Source of the DNA: the human T2T-CHM13v2.0 reference genome, Homo sapiens
Assembly (NCBI RefSeq): GCF_009914755.1
Contig: NC_060944.1
DNA length: 64,000 nt
Direction: 5' to 3' (one strand)
Shown here: positions 14,859-30,370 of the stretch, one piece after another
How positions within the stretch are numbered: the stretch's first letter is position 1
Layout: the number at the start of each line of letters is the position of its first letter
Notes under the pieces: model-generated
Told to the model about the DNA's origin: nothing
What the model saw: the letters and a program-made list of their open reading frames with translations, nothing else
The model's database searches: none
Made by a program: the position numbers and the translations under genes

Positions 14859-17800
14859 TATCTTTTTCCATCCCTTTACATTTAACCTGTTTGTATCTTT
14901 ATATTAAAAGTGCAATTCTGTAGGCAGAATGTAATTGGGCATTGCTTTTTTATCCAATCTGATAACCTCTGTTTTTTAATTGGGATATTTAGACCATTTG
15001 TATTTAATGTGATAATTTATATTGCTAAATTTAAATCTACCTTTCTATGTGCTTTCTAGTTGTCCCACATATTACTTGGGTTTTTTTCTCTTTTTATGCC
15101 TTTTTAGGTTAATTGAATACTTTATATCATTTATCTCTTTTATCATTTTATTAGGTATAATTCTTTGTTTTGTTATTTTGGTGGTTATTGTAGGGTTTAT
15201 AGTATACATTTTCTCACAGTCTACCTTCAAATGGTATTATAGCATGTTACATACAGTATAAAAACTTTGCAATAGTATAATTCTATTCTTCCCCTCCCAA
15301 CCTTTGCATTATCATTACACATTTAATCATGCATATGACATAAAACACACACTGCATTGTTACTATTTTTGTATAAAGAGTCAATTGTCTTTTAAGACAT
15401 TTAAATAATTTTTTAAAACTCTATGTATTTGCTCATATAGTTACCATTTCTGGTGCTCTTCATTCTTCTGTGTGCATTCCTATTTCCAACTGCTATTATA
15501 TTCCTTTTGCTTAAAGAATTTCCTTTTACATTTTTAGTAGTCTGCTGGTAACAAATTCTCTCAGCTTTTGCATGTCTAAAAACATCTTTATTTTGCCCTT
15601 TTTTTGAAATATATTTCCTCTAGGTATAGTATTCTGGATTGACACTTTCCCTCTTCAGGACTTTAATAATGTTTCTGCACTGCCTTGTCACTTGTATTGT
15701 TCAGCAGGAAATCTGCTGTCATCCCTATACTTGTTCCTCTCTACATTATGCTCTTTTTCTCTGCTGTTTTTAAGGTTTCTTTAACAATAGTTTTCAGCAA
15801 TTTGATGATGATATAACTTGGTGTAGTTTTCTTTAAGTTGCTTGTGTTTGGAGTTTGTTGAAATGATTAGATTTGTGAATTTATAGTTTTTAGCCATTTT
15901 CATTCATCATTACTTCCAATACTTTTTCTGTCCATCTCTGTCTTCCTCTAGGACTCCAATTGCATATATATGAGGCCATGTGAAGTTGTTCCATGGTTCA
16001 TTTATGCTTTGTTTATTTTTTAAATTCTCTTTTCTCTTTGTATTTCATCTTGTATAATTTCTACTTTTATGTCTTCCAGATTACTAAATTCAACTTACAC
16101 AGTATAATTATACAGCTAAAAAATATATTTTGGATGTTTTAAAAAATATCTTCCATGCCTCTACTTAACTTTTTGAATATATACATTACAGTTATAATAA
16201 CTATTTTAATATACCTTTATCTAATAATTCTAATTCTGATAATTCTATGTCAGTTCTGGATCCATTTTGATTGATTAAATTTTATTCTGGGTTATAGGGG
16301 TTTTTTGCTTCTTTGCATGCTTGGCAATTTTTATTAGATGCAAATATTATGAATTTTCTATTGTGGAATGCTGGCTATTCTTCTATTCTTTCTGATATTC
16401 TCAAGCTTTGTCCTGAGATGCAGTTAGTTACTTGGAAACAGTTTGATCCTTTCATGTCTAGATTTTAAGATTTGTTAAATGAGATGTAAGCAATGCTCAG
16501 TCTTGAGATGATTATTCCCCACTATTGAAGCAAGACCCTTCTGTGTACTCTACCGATGTTCATTAAATCATGGGGTTTTCCCATCTCACTGGTGGGAGCA
16601 AGCACCATCTCTGGCCCTATATAAATGTCAGGTCCTGTTATCTCTCACCTTTTTTTTTTTTTTTTGTGGTCTTTTCCATGACCTTGGGTAGTTTAGTCAT
16701 ATGCATGTGCTGATCAGTATTCAGCTGAATACTCAAAAGCGACCCTCTGCAGATCTCTGCAGTTCTTCTCTATGCAGTGCTCTCCCACTTCTTACAAATT
16801 CTCCTACCCTGATTTCTCTAAACTTTCATTTCCATCTCCTCAACTCAAGGAGTTCACTGGGCTCCACCCGAGGTTCCTTTTTTGTGCCACAATCTGGAAA
16901 CTCTCTCAGGTTTGCAGGTTTCTGAAGCAAACGTAGGGCTCACGGTTTTTGTTTCCCATCTGTCAGGGATCACTGTCCTTCGTGGTCTGATGTCCAGTGT
17001 CTTGAAAACCTATTGTTTTATATATTTTGTTTCCTTTTTGCTTATTTCGGGCAGGAAGAAAAATCCTTCATCTTAGTTGGAAGTAGAAGTCCTTGTCTCA
17101 ACTTTACCTATTCTACTCATTTCTAATAAGGGCCCCTGATTGGTTTTCCCAACAACTGAACTCTATGCTTTGATCACTCACCTTCTAGCACATTCTGCCT
17201 CTCTGATTTGACTCAAAGAAATACTATAATCTTGGGATCAGGAATACCTAGGTTCACTTGCTTGCTGTTGCACTAACTCTATTAGTTTACTTTCCCATCT
17301 GTAAATTGAAGTAACAAAACCTACCTTATGAGATTGTTGTAAAGTAACTTCTCCAGTGACTGGTAAACAACAGGGACTCAACGAATGGTGGTTGTCATTA
17401 CAATTACTAGGCTTCTTGTTCTAGCTTATTCTCTCTTCCTCCTCTCCTTCCCTGCCTCCATCTTCCTTACTCCGGATCTGCTCAGCCCTAATATTTCTTG
17501 ACTGTGGGCTGCAGTGACAAATTATGCTTTAAGTTATGTCTCGGGCCTCATGACAGCTGAGTCATGCCATCAAGAGCCTGTAGAGTGGGAATGAGTCCCA
17601 GCCCTGAAATATCAGCATGTGTGGGTGGTTTCTGCAGGAATCACTGACGAGCACCTGTTAAATATTTTACTTTTTCTTAGACAAGCTTCAGTCACTTACT
17701 TTTAGGAAGTCTTAAAGTCTCCCTACACTTAACAAAAGACCACATAGAACTTAGCCACCACCTAGCATTGTTCAGATTGCTTCTTGCACAACTGCAGGGA

Positions 17801-18639
17801 CTCCTATTACTCTATAGACACTGTACATTTGTACAGTTACAAGTTTTCAACAGACAACAACAAAGTATATTGAGAAGGGGACACCAGTTGAAATTTTCAT
17901 TAGACTTTTAGCTGCAGAGAAGTTTAAAGTGGTTGATATGTCAACTGAGTATTCCAGTTATTCCATAATAGAATAGAGTCATCTCCCTACTAAAAGCCAT
18001 CCTGTCTGTCCCTTTTGGGAATTTTTTTCAGCTCTGGGAACTATCCCATGGATCTAAAAGCAGCATAAGCCACATACTACAGTGGCTGAGAATATGGGCA
18101 TTCATTTCAGCCAAAATGTGTTGTAACCCCAGTTCCCCCATTTATTAGCAGTACTACCTTGGGTAACTTACTCAACCCTCTGAGAATTCTCTTTGTAGAA
18201 TGAGAGTAAATCTACCTGTTTAAATGGGGTTTTGATGAGGTTGGCATAAGATAATATATGTAAAGTGCATATATTACATGCCTAGTAAATGATAAATAAT
18301 ATCAGTATCATGAATTACCATTACATACCATCATCAGTATTGTTGTTATTGGCAATAATGCATCTAACCATTAAAAATCCTCTAGTACAACACTGTCAAT
18401 TTTTGACAAAGATAGAAAGTTCTTTATATTTGCTGTCTAATATGGTATCTACTAGCTACGTGTAGATATTGAGTACTTAATGCTGGATAGCAAAGCTACA
18501 ACAAGGATTACTTATTGGGAAATCTCTCAAAAATTTTGCTCGCCATGAAGTGAAGAAACTCCCAAGATCAAGTCTGCGAAGGCAGCATCTTCACCAGGAG
18601 AATTAATGAATGATCCTTGGTCCTAAACAGATGATCTGT

Positions 18640-18940
18640 CCCAAGATACTGCTTGGCCCATTTACTCACCTCATTTAAACCCTACTCGCTGGCTCCTCTG
18701 AAGAGGGCCTTTCCCTGACCACCAACCATCCCACCCCTCTCTGTCACTTGCCTCTACACACTGTATTTCTTGGCCTCTCTGATGCTGTATCTTTATTAGT
18801 GGCTTTGTTCAAATCTGTGCCCTGCTACTCGCATGCAAACTCCATGAAGGTACGTTTCTTATCTGCTTTGATCACCGGTTGATCTCAGTACCAAGAATGT
18901 GCATATTGTAGGGTTTCAGTAAGTATTTGTTGAACTTAAT
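18640..18940 (-). mobile_element. L2 3' fragment
   Basis: ccttccctgaccacc-like motif; atgcaaactccatgaagg; cagtaagtatttgttgaa. Confidence 0.65.
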
Positions 18941-19512
18941 TAAACAGGTTATCTGAAAGAAGGCCAGAGGCTGATCTTTTATAAGAAGCAGAATACTTTT
19001 GTAAAATTAAACACTCCCCTCTTCCAGTCTCCAACCCCCAAGCCCTACATGTTCAGACAAGGGCCTGGGATTCTCTGGAGACCACCAGTACCAGCTCTGT
19101 AACTCCCAACCCACAGGTCTCAGGCGAGGCACTTCATTGCCAGTGTGGAGAAAGTGTTTTATATTCTAAACAAGACCCAACATTTAACAACCTCCTGTTC
19201 TTCTCTCTCAATAGCTTACTCTCCTTCCAGCAAATGTGATTAAGCATTCACGGCCATGGGTGTACATTTTTATTAGGGCTATGACAAGTGATTCAGAGGT
19301 AATTAAGCAATGGAATGTTTCACACAATGCCCACTTCACTTAAGGAATAAACTCTACACGTTGTTGGATTAACTGGAAAAAAAGGAAAAAGAAACTATTC
19401 AGAAAGCATCAACTTCTATAAGGAACTATTGGCCCTATTTTGGGGGTTTTCATAAGAAAGTGAAATTTTTCATTTATATAGAAGCATGAGGAAGAATTTA
19501 AAAGTCCATGTA

Positions 19513-19541
19513 AACACACACACACACACACACACACACAC
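19513..19541. repeat. (CA)n microsatellite
   Basis: About 14 CA units. Confidence 0.95.
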
Positions 19542-21194
19542 CAGTCATTTATTGCAGCCTGTTTTTTTTTCTCTTTCTGCAAAGAATCACCATCTTAAGT
19601 GTACAACCATAGAAAAATGAGTAAATAAATTGGAGAATATATGGAATTTTATGTAGCATTGAAAAGAATGAGGTAGAATGATATACGCTTAGATGGGAAG
19701 ATGCTATATTAATATGACAAAAAAGTTGTAGTATAATTATTTTAAAAATAAATGTCATTAGTATATGTTTATATGTGCATTGAAAAATTCTTTAAGGACA
19801 TGTCAAACTGTTACAAGTGGCACCTAGGAAGTGGATTTGGGCCTGAAATTACAACAGGCTTGTATTATTTTTGCAATTATAAAATATATTTAAACATTTT
19901 AATTTTTTTAAATGAGCTAAAAATTTTTTTAAAGAGTCAAAAAATTACAGGAATAGCCTGATAGTTGCAAGGGAGCAGGATGGCACTGACAAGGTATTTC
20001 CTCTTCACCCTTCCTATCCTCAAGCCCCATCACACACACATGCATGCACACACCCCATTTCATGAGGTGTTGAAGGAACTAGTGACACTCAGAAAAACTG
20101 TTACTCAATGTTCTTAAAGAAGCCCATGTCTTGCAGAATAAGATTCCAATTATGCAACTTAGAATCACTGACTATTTTTAATTGAATTGACCAATTTCCA
20201 TAGTCAATTACACAAACTAGTCGTTTTGATATTACAACTTCACTGTGAAGGTCTCGTGACTATTTCACTCTTGACCCAGGTAGTTGCCCAGAGAGCTCCC
20301 TACAGATCTCCCTGTCTAAGCCTCATCCAGAAGGAAAGCTTACCAGGGTAAGGCTTGAGACCATGATTCTACTCAAAAGGTAAATTGGTTAGCATCATCT
20401 TTTGAGCTCAAGAAACCCCAAGATAACACTGACAACCACGATGAATTTCTTCTAAGCCAAGGTGCAAAGTGAGATGGCACAATGTGAAGCGACCCTTGTG
20501 AAAGAATAATAGCCACAACAAAAATAACCAGAAGATATTGAACAGAAAGTGTACATCTTTCTTATGTCATCTTTTGAGTTCAGATTCCCTTTTATTTTCC
20601 TCTCTGAACAGTAAAAGGTATACGCTATCAAAACAGGGATGAGAAATTTTAAGAGACTGAGATTTTTAGCAGATGATATGACTACATCTCAGGGTATCTG
20701 AACAACCCATATCTCCTTCAGGCAGAGGGCTGTCCTGGTCACAGACTCTGCTTTGCTGGATGTCTACATTTCTCTCTGCATGACTCATTCCCTCACCTAC
20801 CTCCATCAGGACCAGTGTGACTCATCCATAGGCTGGCTCTGCCTATGACTGACGTGGCCCAGCTTGAGATGGTGAGCTGGGTTTAGTGCATTGGGAATAA
20901 GGGTTGATCATTAGCAGCTTCAGAAGCAGAAAGCCTGGTTTAGAAAAGATGGGGCAATCATTACTGGACAGGAACAAGCTGAAGCAAAGGAAGCTGTCCA
21001 TAAGGAACAAGAACAATTGGAGCAAATGCAAAGGGAAAAAGCAGGAACCTTGTGACTATTCAGCCATGGAGAGGCAGGAAGAATAACCACATCTCCTGAA
21101 ACTCTGCAGTCACTGTATGGGATGCTCATGAGTCATGAACTTACAACAAGCTACTCATTTCTTGAGCTGGCTTGAGTACTTCTCTGTTCCTCTT

Positions 21195-21570
21195 TAATTT
21201 ATTCAACAAATATTTATTGAGTGACAGCTATGCAGCAGACACTGTGCTGAGAGATGAGAGTACAAGAATGTATAAGAACCCTACCTTCAGGGAGCTTCCT
21301 GCATAGTGGGAGAAAGACAATAATCCAATGATCATATAAGTCATCAGAAATATCCAGGCTGTAATTAGAAGTACACATACTAGGAGAAAATAATAAAGGT
21401 ATGTAAGCTACTCAGAAAATTCAGGAACTCATGCCTGAGGATGTGGCATTTGAGATAAGATCTTAAGGATAAACAGGAGATGAAAAAGCAAAGAGCAGAG
21501 AAGGGAAAGGCATTCCAGGAAGAGAAAACTAGATGACATGTTTGGTTCAGAGAGAAGCAGGGCATGGTTA
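21195..21570 (+). mobile_element. L2 fragment, followed by a MIR at ~21580-21770
   Basis: attcaacaaatatttattgagtgacagctatg start; MIR core gtgactttgaacaagtaacttc downstream. Strand call tentative. Confidence 0.65.
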
Positions 21571-22205
21571 CTAAAATCCCCACCCACTCAGGGTCCAAGG
21601 CCCTGCATTCAAATTCTGACATGATCATGTACTGTGACTTTGAACAAGTAACTTCTGTGATTCTCAGTTTCTTCATACAAAAACTGGAGATGATAATAAT
21701 AGTGCTTACCTTACAGATTTGTTGTAAGGATTAAATAAAATCATGAATGTAAAAAGCTTGCACAGTACCATCATTTTTAGTTGGTGTATAATAATGCACT
21801 GTACAGATGGGCCATAATTAATTTTACCAGTCACCTACTGATTGGTCTTTAGGTTGTTTCTGGTATTTTATTATCATACATGGTGCAGCAATGAACAATC
21901 CTTTGATCTGAGGTTAATACAAGCCTTTGATCTGAGGTCTCCTCAACTTTATGGGTCCCCAGGTCTGTCATCCTTAGCCCTGGATGTTCCCTGGAAATCA
22001 AAACACACAGAATTAGGACCCCACCCTAAGCCTCCTAAAACAGGATTTGGCCACATATCCCAATATTTGTAGTGTTAAAAAGCTCCCCAGAAAGCTAGAC
22101 GATAGCCAAAGAGAAAACTAAATCTAAGATCTACCATATTATATACATTTAAGTGTCAGGAACATTTTTATAATGCCCCCTGTAAACACACACAGACACA
22201 CACAC

Positions 22206-24495
22206 TGTATTAGTCTGTTATCACACTGCTAATAAAGACATACATGAGACTGAGTAATTTATAAAGAAAAAGAGGTTTAATGAACTCACAGTTCCACATT
22301 GCTGGGGAGGCCTCACAATCATGGCAGAAGGCAAAGGAGAAGCAAAGGCTTGTCTTACATGGTGGCAGGCAAGAGAGCTTGTGGAAGGGAACTCCCATTT
22401 ATAAAACCATCAGATTTCGTGAGACTTATACACTATCACAAGAACAGTATGGGGAAACCACCCCCATGATTCAATTATCTCCACCTGGCCGTATCCTTGA
22501 CATGTGGGGATTATTACAATACAGGGTGAGATTTGGGTGGGGACACAGCCAAACCATATCACTCCACTCCTGGCCCCTCCCAAATCTCATGTCCTCACAT
22601 TTCAAAACCAATCATACCTTCCCAACAGTCCCCCAAAGTCTTAAATGATTTCAGCATTAACTCAAAGTCCACAGTCCAAAGTCTCATCTGAGACAAGGCA
22701 AGTCCCTTCTGCCTGTAAAATCAAAAGCAAGTTAGTTACATCCTAGACAGAATGGGGTACAGGCACTGGGAAAATACACTCACTCCAAATGGGAGAAATT
22801 GGTCAAAATGAAGGGGCTACAGGCCTCAAGCAAGTCCAAAATCCAGTGAGGCAGTCAAACCATAAAGGTCCAAATGATCTCCTTTATCTGCATGTCTCAC
22901 ATCCAGGGCATGCTGATGCAAAAGGTAGGCTCCCATGGCCTTTGGCAGCTCCAACCCTGTGGCTTTTCGGGGTACAGCCCCTCTCCTGGCTGCTGTCATG
23001 GGCTGGCATTGAGTGTCTGCAGCTTTTCCAGGTGCACAGGGCAAGCTGTCAGTGGGTCTACCATTCTGGGGTCTGGAGGACAGTGACCCTCTTCTCACAG
23101 CTCCACTAGGCAGTGTCCCAGTGGAGACTCTGTGTGGGGGGTCCAACCCTACCTTTCCCTTCTGCACTGCCCTAGCAAAGGTTTGCCATGAGGGCTCCAC
23201 CCCTGCAGCAAATTTCTGCCTGGACATCCAGGCATTTCCATACGTCCTCTCAAATCTAGGTGGAGGTTCCCAAACATCAGTTCTTTACTTCTATGCACCC
23301 ACAGGTTCAAAACCGCGTGGAAGCTGCCAAGGCTTGGAGCTTGTACCCCGTGAAGCAATGGCCTAAGCTGCACATCAACCCCTTTTAGCCACAGCTGGGA
23401 TGCAGGGCACCAAGTCCCAAGACTGCACAAAGCAGCATGGCCTTGGGCCTGGCCCATGAAACCATGTTTCCCTCCTAGGTCTCCTGGCTTGCGATGGGAG
23501 GGGCTGCCATGAAGACCTCTGACATGTCCTGGAGACATTTTCTTCATTGTCTTGGCAATTAACATTTGGCTCCCCATTACTAAGGCTAATTTCTGCAGCC
23601 AGCTTGAATTTCTCCCCAGAAAATGGGTTTTCTTTTCTACTGCATCATTAGGCTGCAAATTTTCTGAACTTTTATGCTCTGCTTCCCTTTTAAACATTCC
23701 AATTCCAAAACTACATAAAACTGAATGCTTTCAACAGTACCCAAGTCACCTCTTGAATGCTTTGCTGCTCAGAAATTTCTTCTGCCAGATATCCTAAATC
23801 ATCTGTCTCAGGTTCAAAGTTCCACAAATCTCTAGGGCAAAATGCCGCCAGTCTCTTTGCTAAAACATAACAAGAGTCACCTTTGCTCCAGTTCCCAAGA
23901 AGCTCCTCATCTCCATCCAAGACCACCTCAGCTCAGACTTTATTGTTCATATCACTATCAGCATTTTTATCAAAGCCATTCAACAAGTCTCTGGGAAGTT
24001 CCAAACTTGCCCACATCTTCCTGTCTTCTTCTGAGCCCTTCAAACTGTTCCAACCTCTATCTGTTACCCAGTTCCAAAGTTGCTTCCACATTTTCAGGTA
24101 TCTTTACTGCAGCACCCCACTCTATTGGTACCAATTTACTGTATTAGTGTGTTCTCATGCTGCTAATAGAGACATACCTGATACCGGGTAATCTATAAAG
24201 AAAACAATTTTTAATGGACTCACAGTTCCACATGGCTGGGAAGGCCTCACAATCACGGCAGAAGGCAAAGGAGAAGTAAAGGCACATCTTACATGGTGGC
24301 AGGCAAGAGAGCTTGTGCAGGGGAACTCCCATTTGTAAAACCATCAGATCTCATGAGAGATATTCACTACCACGAGAATAGTATGGGGGAACCACCCCCA
24401 TGATTCAGTTATCTCCATTTGGTTCAGCCCTTGACACATGGGGACTATTACAATTCAAGGTGAGATTTGGGTGGGGACACAGCCAAACCATATCA
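22206..24495 (-). mobile_element. Complete THE1 (C/D-like) MaLR element: 5' LTR 24140-24495, internal 22562-24139, 3' LTR 22206-22561
   Basis: Two ~356-bp LTRs (tgtattagt...ccaaaccatatca); internal region starts (rc) gtaaattggtacc and ends in a polypurine tract gggaggggccaggagtggag. Inserted in a CA-rich tract of an old L1 3' end (~22130-25040). Confidence 0.95.
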
Positions 24496-25398
24496 CACCA
24501 CATACACAAACACACACACACACTTTCTAAAATACATAGGATACTGTTTTTAGTTACATACAGTAAGATGGACCTATATTGGTACACAGTTCCATGAGTT
24601 TTAATACACATATAGATTTGTATAATCACATGCTCAATCAAGATGCAGAAAGTTTGTATCCCCCTAAGAACTCCCTTATGCTGCCCTTTTTCAGTTATAC
24701 CTAGCTGTTGACAACCACTGATCTATACCAGTTCTAGTTATTACTTTTTCCAGAATGTCATATAAATGAAGTCATACCATATATCTAACCTTTGAGACTT
24801 GTTTCTTTCATTCAGCACAATGCCTTTGAAATTACTCATGTTCTTGCATGTCTCAATAGTTTGTTCTTTTTTATTGCTGAGTAGTATTCCATTGCATGAA
24901 TGCACCACAGTTTGTTTATCCATTTATTCTCTGAAGGATTTTGGGTTCACTTCCCATGTGTGGTGATTATGAATGAAGCTACTATAAACAACTATGTACA
25001 GGTTTTTGTGTGAACATAGTTTTAATTTTTCCAGGCTAATTCCACCCCTCCCCAACTTTTGCCTTTCTAATAAATAACATGTTTCAATGTTAATGAAATA
25101 ATTTATATTAATTGGATTGCAGGAGATAACCAGTCTGAAATAGGAAAAATGTAAGTTATGAAATACAACAAAACCACAAAGGGTGCTGATTTTATAATAA
25201 GATGCCAAAGCATCTTATTATAAAATTAGCATCTTATTATGACATTAGTCATTGTTTGCATGTATCTTTGTAAGAAAACAATTATGCTTGCCCAAACCTG
25301 TGTAAATCATTCTTCCTCATTTCCATCACATCCTTAGCCAATCCCTCTTTCATACAGGAAGAGGTTTTGCCTCAATCTTCCTAGTATACAAAATGCCA

Positions 25399-25720
25399 GG
25401 CTGGGAGTGAAAGCTCATGCCTGTAATCCCAACACTTTGGGAAGCTGAGGCAGGAGGATCCCCTGAGGCCAGAAGTTTGAGACTAGCCTGGGCAACATAG
25501 CAAGACCCTGTCACTAAGAAAAAAAAATTTTTAAATAGTTAAATGTGATGGCATCTACCTGTAGTCCCAGCTACTCAGGAGGCTGAGGCAGGAGCATTGC
25601 TTTAGCCCAGGAGTTGGAGGCTGCAGTGAGCTATGATCATGTGGCTGCATTATACCCTGGGGGACAAGGGGAGATTCTGTGCCTATAAATTAATTAATTA
25701 ATTAATTAATTAATTAACAA
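25399..25720 (+). mobile_element. AluJ with (ATTA)n tail
   Basis: ctgcagtgagctatgatc diagnostic; TSD acaaaatgccag / acaaaataccag. Confidence 0.9.
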
Positions 25721-25907
25721 TACAACAAAATACCAGAGAATAGTATGTCATATCCCAATAATTGCATCATTTAACCTACATAGGCTCAAACATACTCAGC
25801 TAAGGTGTGGGCAGAGGAAATAACATTGCAAACCTTCCAGGTGATTCTGCCTGCCACTTTCATCAATGAGCATGTGATCCTAAGTGAGAGCAGGGTAGCC
25901 GTGCCAC

Positions 25908-26500
<593 letters not shown>

Positions 26501-28372
26501 GTGAACCTTCATCTGTGTTCCCTCAGGGTCTTTCACTTTGCTAAAAGTGATTCCAGTGCTTACATGTTCCTATTTTTTCCTAAAACACAGTTGAACACAA
26601 GTCAGCCACTTAGAACCTTTGTTGTCTCCAACAAATCCTTGCTTTGAGCCAGCTGCCGAGTTAAATGCTTTCTATGCATTTTCTCATTTACTCTTCGCCA
26701 CCACTCTTTGAAGTAAGTGCAATTTGTATCCCATTTACTTCTAAGGAAGTGGAGATTCAGGAAGGCCGAAGTGACTTACCCAAGGTCACACGGGTGGGAG
26801 AGGGTCGAGCAGGAAAGCACCTCGTGCCTGTATCCATGGTTCACCATGATGGTCAATATTTACCAAACTTGGAGTGGAGAAGGACTCTCTAAGTTGGAAT
26901 CCAAGTGTGATAGTGTAAGGGAAATCTGATAGATTTGACTACGTAAAAATTGTAAACATTCGTTTGTCAAAAAACACAATGATCAAGATTGAAAGGCATT
27001 TCTCATCTAAGAAAGAACTTATGAGGCAGCACTAGCCCCTTACTGTGTATAAATCACACATGAATCAGTAATAGAAAAGCAAACACTCCATTGAAAAAAA
27101 AAAGACAAAGGACATGAAAAAGCACTTCACAGTAAAGAGTAAGGGAAGTGCAAAACTGTACACACTCATGCTAGTAATCCAAGAAATGTAGAGCATGAAG
27201 CCATTCATTTTTTTACCAGTGGCAATGAGATGTTGATTCTCTTTCAATGATGTACAGAGATTAATTTTATTTGAAACATATCAATGACATGTTCTTCTGT
27301 TGCTTTTCCCCACCTCACCCCCACCTTCCACACCCATTCTGGTAACATCACCCATTTGCTTCGTGGAAGTTTAGGAATTCTACAAATGAATTAGAAAAAA
27401 AAAAAAGACAGCTATCTATGTTTAGCCTCTGACTATAAGAATTATTTTCTTTTTTTTTTTTTTTTGAGACTCTGGCCTCAAGAAAATGGTCTCAAAGTTT
27501 ATTGACTCAAGAAGAAATTGTTTTTGAAATTTCTAAAGTTGCCATAAACATATCCATTAAACGTGAGCTCTGCATCCAGGCTCTAAAGTGGTACTGAAGA
27601 CAGAACTTGGCCTCTAACGGGAGACAAAGCCTTCCCCTTTGGGAGTACTCAGAGGAGGAGACATGAGATATAGATAGCCTGAACTTAAAGCGGGGGTTCC
27701 TAGGGACTGAAATCCTAAAGTTGGAGGGGGGACTGAGAGGAATGCTGAAAATGGATAATGCTTGTGCCCCTACATCCCCAATTTTAATTCTTAGAGAAGA
27801 GTGCCATGGAAAATTGTCTATCACTAACATTAGAGAGCTGGAGCCAGTGAAAATGGAAAGGCAATTAAGTAGAGAGAAGACCACAGGAACCCTCCCAACA
27901 CCCTTCAGTTCCGATGTAGCATGGAAAGAACCCAAAAGTTCTGCACACCTGGTGAGTTTCGTGAAGGTGGGAGCCAGTTGAACCTACTTGGAACCACCAT
28001 GGGTGGCCACCAAGCTACCTCAACATGGAGATCAAGGCATAGATGACTCAGGCAAGGAGCTGGATTGAAAACATAACCAAGGTCAGTGTCAGAGAAAACC
28101 AGAGCATGGCTGACTCAGCAAGAGAAAACCACCAAGTCTAAACTTAACTAGGTAAGGAAGCTGACCATGAGTCCATCAGCTGCAGACTTCAGTAGAAGAG
28201 GCCAGTAAATGTCCCAGCATCTGTGGACTTGAGGCTCCATGACCCAGTCTCAGCTGGGTTATGTAATCCTACCCATCCCTCCCACTCATTGACCAAGTGC
28301 CAAAAAAGCCACTTGTGCTGAAGGGAGGAGTTGAAAATCAGAACACTGGGCATTGATCCAAAAGAGGCTGTG

Positions 28373-28690
<318 letters not shown>

Positions 28691-28779
28691 TCAGGAAGAC
28701 AACAATACCAGTAGCTGGCACTTATTAGGAAGATTAGCTTGATTACACTAAATAAAGGAGCTATGTATTATTTTGTAGA

Positions 28780-29480
28780 TTTATTTGGTCATCTAGTAAA
28801 CATTCACTACATGCAAGCACTGGATGGTAGAGACTCAGTGTGAATCAAAGAGTCTCTGCTTTCCTGGGCCTTCTATTCAAGTGGGAAGAGGCTAACAATA
28901 AACGAATAATCACATTAATATGCATTCTGCCAGAAGGTGATGAATACTATAGGAATAATTAAGTAAGGTGAGAATGATAGAAAGTGCTAGTTTGATGAGG
29001 TTGTCACTTTTATAGGATGGTCAGAGAAGGTATCTCTGATTAAATGACATTATATCAAAGACCTGAGGAAGTAAAAAGGTCAGATGTGCAGATGGCTAGA
29101 GAGAGAGGATGCCAGGCAGAGCCCACAGCAAGCACCAAGGCCCTGGGGTGGGAATGTATTTGTCTTGTTCAAGAAGAAGCAAGGAGGCTGGGCTAGTACG
29201 GTAGGAGAGATCAGAAAGTGAGCTTAGAACTTTATCCCGCCTTGGCAACAGCTTTGGATGTTCTTCCACATGAAATGGAAAGATGAAGGATTTGAAGAGG
29301 AATGGCCTGACCTGATTCACATTTTTACAAAATCTCTCTAGCTGCTGAGTTGAGAAATTGACAGTTGGGGAACAGATAGAAGCAGGATCACTAGTTAAGC
29401 AGCTCTTGCAATACTTCAAGAAGAAGATGTTGATGGACTCTAAGCTCCAGAGGGCACAGTGCAGATGGGAATCAGGATGG
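28780..29480. mobile_element. L2 fragment
   Basis: tggtcagagaaggtatctctga, gcaccaaggccctggggtgggaatg and gaagcaggatcactagttaag are L2-like. Boundaries approximate. Confidence 0.65.
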
Positions 29481-30167
29481 GGTCAGAAAAGCAGGTATAT
29501 GGGTTTATATGAGGATGAGAGCCAGATGGTAGCTCTTGGGAGCTTTTGGCTTCTTGTGGTGACTGACAAAACCAGGGATGTGATAGGTGGCAGACCTAGT
29601 CCTGGTGGTCTCCTAGGAAGATGAGAGTGGGGGTTGCGGAGAGTATTCTGGAAGAAGACCTGGGTCAGCAGGATGCCATAGAACCCTGGCGAGCCTCGTT
29701 CTACCTAATGAATGAGTAGGAGTCAGTAAAGTTGCAATTGCAAGTCCATTACCTATGACCATGGTGATACCTAGTGTTGTCTGGGAGAAGAGAGATCCTA
29801 TTGTTACTAACTTTCCGGAGGTTAATTTACCAATTTGTAACAAAATCCTTTACATGTATTTGCCTTTCAACCTAGGAATTCCACCTTTATGAATGCAGCA
29901 TAAGAAATGAGTGACTTAATCATAGCATCCTGTGAAAAACTAGAAATGGCCTAAATGTCCAACATCAGGGGTAATGCTAACAATAATTTTAGTAGCCATG
30001 TATTAAGTGCTTATTGTGAGTTAGGCATGGGGTGAAAGTTACTACAGATACTAGCTCATGTAATCCTTCTAATAACCGTGGGAAGAAACTAGAACTCAGA
30101 GACATTGAGTAACTTGCCCAGAGATTCAAACCCAGGTCTGTCTCACTCTAAAAATTTTGTTCAAAAC

Positions 30168-30370
30168 CAGGAGATGTTAAACTTTTTCTGTAAAGTGTCA
30201 CATGGTGAATATTTGGACTTTGGGGGCCATGAAGTCTCTATTTCAATGACTCAACTCTGCCACGGTGAAGCAAAAACAGCCATAGGTAATACATAGATGA
30301 ATGGAGCTTTATTTACAAGTACAGGTAGTGAGCCAAATTTGGGCCATGCACCATGGTTTGCCAACTGCTG
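30168..30370 (+). mobile_element. MER58A (hAT-Charlie)
   Basis: caggagatgttaaactttttctgtaaag...atggtttgccaactgctg; 8-bp TSD ttcaaaac / ttctaaac. Confidence 0.85.

Noticed and set aside
22789-24344. Cluster of overlapping ORFs up to 182 aa
   Set aside because: All lie within the THE1 internal region or LTRs and are frameshifted MaLR remnants.
27446-27475. T-run plus gagac as a second micro-Alu
   Set aside because: Only 5 nt of Alu-like body and no convincing TSD.
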